From a virus (lineage: Duplodnaviria > Caudoviricetes), in IMG/VR virus record IMGVR_UViG_3300010389_000101, positions 1 through 26,996 of that record: a stretch of DNA of 26,996 bases; one strand, written 5' to 3'. This document shows positions 17,820-25,682 of this stretch, in pieces. A model generated the notes under the pieces. It was not told the DNA's origin. It made no database searches and saw nothing but the letters and a program-made list of their open reading frames with translations. Each line of letters starts with the position of its first letter. The stretch's first letter is position 1. A program made the position numbers and the translations under genes.

Positions 17820-20800
17820 ATGCCACAGCAGACAAATCTCAACGTCAATCCTTATTATGATGATTTTGATCCTGCTAAGGATTATTATCGTGTGCTGTTC
17901 AAACCTGGATTTCCAATTCAGGCAAGAGAACTGACAACTTTACAATCGATTTTACAAAATCAAATCGAGCAGTTTGGTAGTCATATTTTCAAAGAGGGTT
18001 CTATTGTCATTCCTGGAAATGTAACATATGATGATCAGTTTTACGCTGTAGAAATCAATGCTACACACTTAGGAACAGATGTAAGTGTTTATATCGATAA
18101 TTTTGTAGGTAAGAGAATTATCGGTCAAGAATCTGCTGTCACAGCACAGGTTCAATACGTTCTTCCACAAACACAATCTGAGAGAAACAATGTAACTTTG
18201 TACGTTAAGTACATTGACTCTGGTAATACAAATAATGCACAAGCTTCTTTTACTGATGGTGAAAATTTAGAGACTTTAGAAGCAGTAGATTACGGAAACA
18301 CAACTATTCCTGCAGGTAACACATTTGCCACTTGTATTGCTGAAGCTGCAACATCTATTGGATCCGCAGCTCATATTGGTGATGGCATTATGTTCCTTAG
18401 GGGATCTTTTGTCAGAGTAAATAAGCAAACAGTTCTTTTAGATCAATATTCTAACCAACCAACATTTAGAGTTGGTTTGATCATTGCAGAAACCATTGCT
18501 ACTGCAAAAGAAGATGGAACTTTATATGATAATGCAAAAGGATTCTCAAACTACACAGCACCTGGTGCAGATAGATTAAAGATTGAACTTGTTCTTGGTA
18601 AAAAGAGTGTTACTGACACAACAGACGTAAACTTTATTGAACTCTTAAGAGTTGAAAACGGTCAGATTAGAAAAATTATTAAGAGCACAGAATATAGTAT
18701 TATTCGTGACTATTTGGCTAAGAGAACTTTTGATGAGTCTGGAGATTATTCTGTAGAAGATTTTGAATTAGAACTTTTAAATTCTCTAAATGACAGGCTT
18801 GGAAATGATGGTTTGTATTTTTCAAATCAATCGACCTCTCAGGGCAGTGCTCCATCTGATGATCTTGCTTGCCTCAAAGTAGGTCCTGGTGTTGCTTATG
18901 TAAAAGGATATGATGTAGAGAAAAACGGAACTACAATTCTTGATGTAAATAAAACTAGAGAGACTAAAAAGGTTGAAAGATCTGCTGTTGATTTTGAGAT
19001 GGGTAACCTACTCAAATTAAACAATGTAACTGGAATTCCAAAGTTCAAGGATGCTGTTCAACTTTATGACGAGAGAAGAGATAACACTGGTGGTAGTAGT
19101 GGAACTCAGATTGGTGAGGCAAGAGTATATACTTTAAAACCAGAGGGTCAAGTAAGTATTGCTAGGACAGAAACTACAATTTATGATTGTTATCTCTATG
19201 ATATTCAAACATATACAAGGATTCAATTAAATAATGCTCTTACTGCTGGGGAATTGCCCGATACAGCGTTTATCAGAGGTCTTAGCAGTGGTGCAACTGG
19301 ATATGCAACGACTGTTGGATCAGGAAGCTCCGATGTTTTCTTGAGACAAACTGCTGGATCTTTCATTCAAGGTGAGTCAATCAGCATTAATGGTATTTCT
19401 ACGACCCCTAGAACTGTCAATAACGTCCAGCAATTTGGTGCTGGAGATGTGAAGATGGTTTTCCAAGATAGTAGTGCTCTATCTGGATATTCGACTGATT
19501 TTATAGCGGATACTGTCTTGGATTTCACTGTTCCTACAGGATTTACTGTTGCTGATACGATTAATATCAACCCATCTGGTATCACAACTTCTGCTGGAAA
19601 TAATTTTGCTAACTTTAAAGTAGGTGATATCATCAGATATCAGAGACCTGGATTCTCTACAGCGACTTTTAACAGAGTAGAGTCTGTTGCAGCAGATGGT
19701 CTAACAATGTTGTTAAATTCTGTTCAAAGTGTTAATAATGTAAATGATGGTTCTCTTCCATCTACTACCACAACAGTTCAATTTAGAAGGGGAAGATCTT
19801 CGATTAAAAATGAAGAGCAAGGATTCCTTTATGCACAATTGGATGATGGAAATGTTGCGACAGTAGACTTTACTGGATCAGACCTCAAAGCAGTAGTAGA
19901 GGCAACAGGTAAGACTACCAACGCTGGTGGTGTTCTGACTCTTTCTGCCTCCGATATTAGTGGTCTAACAGACATTCTTTTCGAAGCTTTTGATGAGGAG
20001 AGATATTCTATCATCTATAGTGACGGTGATGTTGAACCGCTTCGTGGTGATCAAGTATCAATTTCATCTAATGTTGTAACTTTTAATGGGTTGAGAGCGA
20101 GTCAATCCAATGTCAATGTTATTGCTACTGTTAGAAAAACTTCTATTCAAAACAAACAAAAAGTCTATAATAGAGTTAGAACTTTAGAAGTAACCAGGTC
20201 CAAATATAGTAGTTCTGGAACTAACGGAAATAGCAGTGTTAATGATGGATTAGATAAGAGTCCATATTACGGTATCAGAGTTCAAGATAAGGAAATCTGC
20301 CTCAATTATCCTGATGTTGCAAATGTCTTTGCTGTTTATCAAGCTCTTGATGAAACTTCTGTAACTCTTGACACTCTGAATTTCTTCGCAAATCCAGATA
20401 TCAATGATAGTGTTATTCTTGGTGAAAATGTAATTGGTAGTAACTCTGGTTGTATCGCAAAAGTTGTTACTAAAGCAGCCAATCAAATTACCTTTGTTTA
20501 TCTGAATGAAAATAGATTCAAAACTCAAGAGAATGTCTTATTCCAAGAATCTAATGTAATTGGTCAAATTCAGTCGATTGCACCTGGTAGATATACTGAC
20601 ATAACCAATAGATTTAGATTAGATAAAGGTCAAAAGAGTCAGTATTATGATTATTCTCGTTTGGTGAGAAATGATGGATATTCTGAACCAACTAGAAAAC
20701 TGTTTGTGGTATACGATCATTATACTGTACCATCAAACGATGAGGGTGATATCTTTACCGTAGATAGTTACGCTGCTGAAAGGTTCTCTAAAGATATTCC

Positions 20801-23800
20801 ACTCATTGGAAATCAACAACAGAGAGCATCTGATACTTTAGACTTTAGACCTAGAGTTTCTGTATTTGATCCTTCTAGTGCTTCGGCATCTCCATTTGAT
20901 TTTAAATCTAGAGTATTCACTGATCAACCAAAACTTCTTCTTGCAGCAAATGAAAGTTCTGTAATTGGGTATAACTTCTACGCTCCAAGAATTGATAGAC
21001 TCTATTTGGATAAACTTGGTAAGTTTGTTTATGTTCAGGGTGTTGCCGACAGAGTGCCTAAGGCACCAGAAAAAGTTGGTGATGTAATGCTTCTGGCTAC
21101 TATTGAACTTCCTGCTTATCTTTATGATGTCAATAATGTGACTATCAGAATGGAAGACAATAGAAGATATACTATGCGTGATATTGGTAAACTTGAAGAT
21201 AGAATCGAAGTTTTAGAAGAAGTCACTTCATTAAATCTTTTAGAGTTGGAGACACAATCTCTTCAGGTTAGAGATGCTACTGGACTCAATAGATTCAAGT
21301 CTGGATTCTTTGTAGATAACTTTAGAAATGGTGATTTTATTGATCCAAGATCGGTAATGCTTCCACAAGATGGAATTCTAAGACCTTTCTTGGATGGTAC
21401 AACATTAGATGGTCTTATTGCTGGTGACGTAAATGTTCCAGATGGTGAAATTGATCTAGGAGTTGATTTTGATCTCTTGGATCCAAATGTCAGAAAAACT
21501 GGTCGTGCCATCACACTTGATTATGATGAGGTTGAATTCTTAAGCCAACCACATGCTACTAAGGTTGAGAATGTAAACCCATTCAATGTTGTTCTGTACA
21601 ATGGAAGTGTTGATCTAACACCCAAGTCAGATTTCTGGGTTAGAAATATCTGGCGTGCTGCTTCTATTTCATGGATTCCAAACCCAAGTCGAGCTGGTCA
21701 GAGTTCTGGTGGTGTAAGGGTCCTATCCAATAGACCTGATCAATTCATGAGGTCTAGAAACGTAGCATTTAATTCAGTAGGTAACAAACCATACGGAAGG
21801 TATTATCAGTTCCTCGATGGAAATGGTGGTGTTGATGTAATTCCAAAATTAGTTGAAGTTGAAAATGTAACTGGTGTTTTCCAAGTTGGTGAGACTGTTG
21901 TTGGATCTGTGGATGGTATTGAAATTATCAGATTTAGACTTGCTAGACCAGATCACAAAACTGGTCCATTTGCTACTCCAACAGTATCTTATACAATTAA
22001 CCCATATGACAATACGACTACCCTGCCAACTCAGTATTCTCTAGCATCTACTGTCCTAAACGTTGACATTGTAGCACTTGCAGCACAAGCTCAGGGTGCG
22101 TATTCTGGAAGGATTGAAACTGGATGCAGACTCAAGGGTCTTAGTAGTGGTGCTCAAGCAAATGTATCGGACATTAAGTTGATTGCAGACAATGGTGGTG
22201 ATTTGCTTGGTTCCTTCTTCCTTAGAAATCCACTTGCATCTCCACCACCAACGGTGAGAATTACCACAGGAACAAAGGAATATAAACTCACTACTAGTGC
22301 CACTAATGCAGAACCACTGCCAGGCAGTAAGTTGATTTCCACAGCAGTTACAAACTATACTGCAAATGGACGTGTCATTGTTAGACAGAGAGTACAGACG
22401 ATCTTCTATGATCCACTGGCACAATCTTTCCTGGTTGAAAATGAGGGAGCGTTTATTACTTCTGTTGATGTATTTTTCGCAAATAAGGATGGTGGAAATA
22501 TTCCATGTGAAGTTCAACTCAGAACAATGGAGTTGGGAACACCAACAACCACTCTTGTCTCACCAGCTGCTAGAGTTCTTGTAAAACCAGAAGACATTAC
22601 GACTTCTAATAACGCATCTATTGCCACAAATATTAAGTTCCCATCACCAATTTATCTTGAGCCAAATCAAGAATATGCTGTTGTTCTTCTTGCTGACACC
22701 GATCAGTATGAAGTATGGGTTGCTGAGATGGGTCAGAAGACAGTTAACGCAAGTGATCTTCCTGCCGCAACTGGTGTTGTTTATGCAACTCAGTATTCGA
22801 TGGGATCATTGTTCCTGTCTCAAAATGGATCTATTTGGACTGCAAACCAGTTTGAGGATATGACCTTCAAACTGTATCGTGCAAACTTTACTGCTGAGGC
22901 TGGAACTGCATACTTCTATAATCCAAAACTTGATGTAAGTAACAGTGGAACTAGAAGACTTGGTGAGGATCCCATTGAAACCTATCCAAGAAAACTCACT
23001 GTTGGTATTGAAACTTATGCCAATGGTGAAGCTGGAATTTCCACACTTTCTATTGGAAGAAAGGTAACAACATCTCAAAAGGAGTATACTTTCGGATTCG
23101 TTGAACAACAGGGTGGTCCTGTTTCTCCAACTAATGGAGTGGGTGTATTCACTGGTGGTAGTGGATATGGAACACCATCTAATCCAGTTTCTACATTTAA
23201 TATTGATAGTAACGGAAGTGGTTTGACACTCAACGTTACTGTTGGTATGGGAATCAGCAATGTAACCGCTGTTTCTGTTGCTTCTTCTGGTTCTGGATAT
23301 GTTGTTGGTGATACCGTTGGTTTGACTACTGCTGATATTGGTGGATTTGGGGATGGTGCTGTAATTACTGTTCAGAATCTCTGGGGTATTGATACTTTAT
23401 ATTTGACTAATGTTCAGGGTGAAGACATGACAGTTGGCGCAGCACTTTCTTATTATGATGGTGCTGGAACTCTTAAGGGTGCTTCTTCTACTAACTTGCT
23501 TTCAGTTGACGTTACATCGACAAACGTTACTACGGGGGATGTGAACGATGGATCTTGGTTCTTTGTAGATCATTACAATCACGGCATGTATGCCGATAAC
23601 AACAAAGTAAGTATCTCGAAAGTTGAAGCCAACACACCAGTAAACGTTCTTTCTGCAAATCTTGGTGTTGATGATACTGTGATTTCTCTGGGAAATACCT
23701 CTTCATTGTTGACATTTGAAGGTATTGCTGTTGGTGCTGCCAATACTGGATATCTGGTTCTGAATGATGAAGTTATTGCTTATGATTCTATTGGAGTCGG

Positions 23801-24884
23801 AACTGTAGGTATTCTTCAGAGAGGTGTTGACAACACTCTTACAATTGCACATGAGGTAAATGATCAGGCACGTAAGTATGAGTTGAATGGAGTCTCTCTG
23901 AGAAGAATCAACAAGACTCATGATATGGGTTCTGTAGATAGATCTATTGATGGATACTATATTCAGATTGATAGATCAAACAGAGATACTGATGATCAAC
24001 CAAACCAAGAACCACAACTTTCATTCACTACAAATGCACTTGTTGGTGGAAACCGTGCTGAAGCAACTCAAAACATTCAGTTTAACTACATTGCACCAAA
24101 CTTTGATGTTGTAACACCAGGGGAAGCCACTAGTGCTTCGGCAAGAGTTAGAACTGTAACTGGAACAAGTGTTAATGGATCTGAAGTATCTTTCATCGAT
24201 CAAGGATTTGAACCAGTTGGACTGAATACGGTTAATGAGCTTGAAACACCAAGATTGATTGCATCTAAGGTCAACGAAGACGCTAGAACTACCGATCTTC
24301 CACGTAACAAGTCATTTACTTTGGGTGTTGAACTTTCTACGACAGACAGTTATGTTTCTCCTGTTGTAAATCTTGATCAGGTTGCTTTGGAGTTGTTATC
24401 TAATAGGATTGATAATCCTGGAATGAATTATGCTACTGATGCAAGAGTCAATTCTGATGACACTGATCCACATTCTGCATTATACGTTTCTCAGAGAATT
24501 GATCTTCAGCAACCTGCTACCTCTTTAAGAGTTATTCTGACGGCTGCTAGACCTGCTGAAGCAGATTTCAGAGTTCTGTATAAGTTAGTGAGAGCAGACT
24601 CCAGTGAGATTGATCAAACTTATGAATTGTTCCCTGGATATGAAAATCTGATTGACACCGATAATGATGGATTTGGTGATGAAGTTGTTAACATCGCAGC
24701 AAATACTGGTCATCCAGATTCTATTGTCCCACCAAGCTTGACTCCCAATGATTATCTCGAATATCAGTTTACTGCTGATAATCTTGAACAGTTTACTGGA
24801 TATGTAATTAAGATTGTATCTACAACTACTAACCAGTCTAAGGTTCCAACATTCAGAGACATTAGAACAATTGCTCTGGCATGA
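17820..24884 (+). CDS. vrlC: VrlC-like / DUF4815 large virion structural protein (2354 aa)
   Basis: N-terminus NLNVNPYYDDFD..KDYYRVLFKPGFPIQARELTTLQSILQNQ; APGADRLKI, LAKRTFDESGDY, RRYTMRDIGKLEDRI, RFKSGFFVDNF and DPLAQSF motifs; follows gp8 as in T4-like cyanophages. Confidence 0.88.
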   Translation: MPQQTNLNVNPYYDDFDPAKDYYRVLFKPGFPIQARELTTLQSILQNQIEQFGSHIFKEGSIVIPGNVTYDDQFYAVEINATHLGTDVSVYIDNFVGKRIIGQESAVTAQVQYVLPQTQSERNNVTLYVKYIDSGNTNNAQASFTDGENLETLEAVDYGNTTIPAGNTFATCIAEAATSIGSAAHIGDGIMFLRGSFVRVNKQTVLLDQYSNQPTFRVGLIIAETIATAKEDGTLYDNAKGFSNYTAPGADRLKIELVLGKKSVTDTTDVNFIELLRVENGQIRKIIKSTEYSIIRDYLAKRTFDESGDYSVEDFELELLNSLNDRLGNDGLYFSNQSTSQGSAPSDDLACLKVGPGVAYVKGYDVEKNGTTILDVNKTRETKKVERSAVDFEMGNLLKLNNVTGIPKFKDAVQLYDERRDNTGGSSGTQIGEARVYTLKPEGQVSIARTETTIYDCYLYDIQTYTRIQLNNALTAGELPDTAFIRGLSSGATGYATTVGSGSSDVFLRQTAGSFIQGESISINGISTTPRTVNNVQQFGAGDVKMVFQDSSALSGYSTDFIADTVLDFTVPTGFTVADTININPSGITTSAGNNFANFKVGDIIRYQRPGFSTATFNRVESVAADGLTMLLNSVQSVNNVNDGSLPSTTTTVQFRRGRSSIKNEEQGFLYAQLDDGNVATVDFTGSDLKAVVEATGKTTNAGGVLTLSASDISGLTDILFEAFDEERYSIIYSDGDVEPLRGDQVSISSNVVTFNGLRASQSNVNVIATVRKTSIQNKQKVYNRVRTLEVTRSKYSSSGTNGNSSVNDGLDKSPYYGIRVQDKEICLNYPDVANVFAVYQALDETSVTLDTLNFFANPDINDSVILGENVIGSNSGCIAKVVTKAANQITFVYLNENRFKTQENVLFQESNVIGQIQSIAPGRYTDITNRFRLDKGQKSQYYDYSRLVRNDGYSEPTRKLFVVYDHYTVPSNDEGDIFTVDSYAAERFSKDIPLIGNQQQRASDTLDFRPRVSVFDPSSASASPFDFKSRVFTDQPKLLLAANESSVIGYNFYAPRIDRLYLDKLGKFVYVQGVADRVPKAPEKVGDVMLLATIELPAYLYDVNNVTIRMEDNRRYTMRDIGKLEDRIEVLEEVTSLNLLELETQSLQVRDATGLNRFKSGFFVDNFRNGDFIDPRSVMLPQDGILRPFLDGTTLDGLIAGDVNVPDGEIDLGVDFDLLDPNVRKTGRAITLDYDEVEFLSQPHATKVENVNPFNVVLYNGSVDLTPKSDFWVRNIWRAASISWIPNPSRAGQSSGGVRVLSNRPDQFMRSRNVAFNSVGNKPYGRYYQFLDGNGGVDVIPKLVEVENVTGVFQVGETVVGSVDGIEIIRFRLARPDHKTGPFATPTVSYTINPYDNTTTLPTQYSLASTVLNVDIVALAAQAQGAYSGRIETGCRLKGLSSGAQANVSDIKLIADNGGDLLGSFFLRNPLASPPPTVRITTGTKEYKLTTSATNAEPLPGSKLISTAVTNYTANGRVIVRQRVQTIFYDPLAQSFLVENEGAFITSVDVFFANKDGGNIPCEVQLRTMELGTPTTTLVSPAARVLVKPEDITTSNNASIATNIKFPSPIYLEPNQEYAVVLLADTDQYEVWVAEMGQKTVNASDLPAATGVVYATQYSMGSLFLSQNGSIWTANQFEDMTFKLYRANFTAEAGTAYFYNPKLDVSNSGTRRLGEDPIETYPRKLTVGIETYANGEAGISTLSIGRKVTTSQKEYTFGFVEQQGGPVSPTNGVGVFTGGSGYGTPSNPVSTFNIDSNGSGLTLNVTVGMGISNVTAVSVASSGSGYVVGDTVGLTTADIGGFGDGAVITVQNLWGIDTLYLTNVQGEDMTVGAALSYYDGAGTLKGASSTNLLSVDVTSTNVTTGDVNDGSWFFVDHYNHGMYADNNKVSISKVEANTPVNVLSANLGVDDTVISLGNTSSLLTFEGIAVGAANTGYLVLNDEVIAYDSIGVGTVGILQRGVDNTLTIAHEVNDQARKYELNGVSLRRINKTHDMGSVDRSIDGYYIQIDRSNRDTDDQPNQEPQLSFTTNALVGGNRAEATQNIQFNYIAPNFDVVTPGEATSASARVRTVTGTSVNGSEVSFIDQGFEPVGLNTVNELETPRLIASKVNEDARTTDLPRNKSFTLGVELSTTDSYVSPVVNLDQVALELLSNRIDNPGMNYATDARVNSDDTDPHSALYVSQRIDLQQPATSLRVILTAARPAEADFRVLYKLVRADSSEIDQTYELFPGYENLIDTDNDGFGDEVVNIAANTGHPDSIVPPSLTPNDYLEYQFTADNLEQFTGYVIKIVSTTTNQSKVPTFRDIRTIALA

Positions 24885-25096
24885 TAAAGGTAGAGGGACA
24901 TCAAAATCTCTATCGTGATCCCAACACTGGTGCGATAGTGAGCACGGACAGACGGGCATATCTAGAATATGTCCGTCAAAGAAATACATTGAAAAAACAA
25001 AAAGAAGAGAAGAGAGATATGGAAAAAGAACTGTCTAATCTTCACGAAGAAGTTTCTGAATTGAAAAAATTAGTTCATGACTTATTAGGTAGATAA
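24881..25096 (+). CDS. Small hypothetical protein with C-terminal coiled coil (71 aa)
   Basis: ATGA overlap with the VrlC stop; N-terminal IKVEGHQNLYRDPNTGAIV; heptad pattern in MEKELSNLHEEVSELKKLVHDLL. Confidence 0.8.
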   Translation: MIKVEGHQNLYRDPNTGAIVSTDRRAYLEYVRQRNTLKKQKEEKRDMEKELSNLHEEVSELKKLVHDLLGR

Positions 25097-25099
25097 ATA
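25093..25099 (+). promoter_or_regulatory. T4-like late promoter core for the fibre-associated gene cluster
   Basis: ATAAATA (GATAAATA context) overlapping the stop at 25094-25096, 23 nt before the ATG at 25123. Confidence 0.7.
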
Positions 25100-25122
25100 C
25101 CTGTATAGGGTGCTTTCGTTAA

Positions 25123-25461
25123 ATGGCTGCCGTATACGTATCAAATCTGAGTATCAATGTTGGTGCAACCTTTGACCAATCTTTTACATTGGCAGATGCT
25201 GCATCTGACAGTGCTTTGGATTTGACTGGGTATGCACATAGTGCTGCTTTGAGAAAACATTTTCTTGCCACAACTAGCACACCGTTTCAAACAACTGTAA
25301 GTGATCCTGCCACTGGAGTTATCAGTGTCTCTATGGGATCTACTTTGACTTCGACATTAAAACCTGGAAGATATGTTTATGATCTAGTTATTGAAACTGG
25401 TGGAACTAAAACAAGAGCAGTTGAAGGAACAGTTCTTGTTAGAGGGGGAGTAACCAGGTAA
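25123..25461 (+). CDS. Beta-sandwich structural protein (BppU N-terminal-like), probable fibre/baseplate adaptor (112 aa)
   Basis: Pattern I..GATF...F...LDLTGY...LR...G.I...T..LKPGRYVYDL...RAVEG.V.V..GVT resembles BppU_N-like Ig-fold phage proteins. The fold assignment is inference. Confidence 0.75.
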   Translation: MAAVYVSNLSINVGATFDQSFTLADAASDSALDLTGYAHSAALRKHFLATTSTPFQTTVSDPATGVISVSMGSTLTSTLKPGRYVYDLVIETGGTKTRAVEGTVLVRGGVTR

Positions 25462-25682
25462 TGACAAGAGTAAAAGTTCGTGTTGGTCAACAACCAGCAG
25501 TAAAGGTACTGACTACTGGGACAACTGGTGGTGGGGGAGGAGGTGGTTCTTTAGAGACACTTTCCGATACTGACATTTCTAATAAAGTTAATGGTCAGAT
25601 TTTAGTTTATCAAAGTTCTAGTGGTAAGTGGATTAATTCTTCTACAGTGCTTGAGTTAAACGTTGATGGAGGTGTTTACTAA
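25461..25682 (+). CDS. Small fibre-associated protein (73 aa) with Gly7 linker
   Basis: TAATG overlap with the previous stop; GGGGGAG RBS-like site at 25444-25450; LETLSDTD...GQILVY...KWIN fibre-type motif; C-terminal VDGGVY. Confidence 0.75.
   Translation: MTRVKVRVGQQPAVKVLTTGTTGGGGGGGSLETLSDTDISNKVNGQILVYQSSSGKWINSSTVLELNVDGGVY

Noticed and set aside
17820-24884. VrlC as a bacterial virulence factor
   Set aside because: The name derives from the Dichelobacter vrl locus; in this baseplate context it is a phage structural protein.
325-24884. Gene order gp25-gp6-gp7-gp8-VrlC differing from T4 as a novelty
   Set aside because: This arrangement is the usual one in marine T4-like cyanophages.
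25441-25463. Possible -1 frameshift at GGGGG fusing the 112-aa and 73-aa ORFs
   Set aside because: The -1 frame is open, but there is no canonical X XXY YYZ heptamer or obvious downstream structure; the G-run is better explained as an RBS plus TAATG coupling.
25527-25547. G-rich tract as a phase-variation or G-quadruplex site
   Set aside because: The longest homopolymer is only five G; mixed Gly codons indicate selection for a protein linker.
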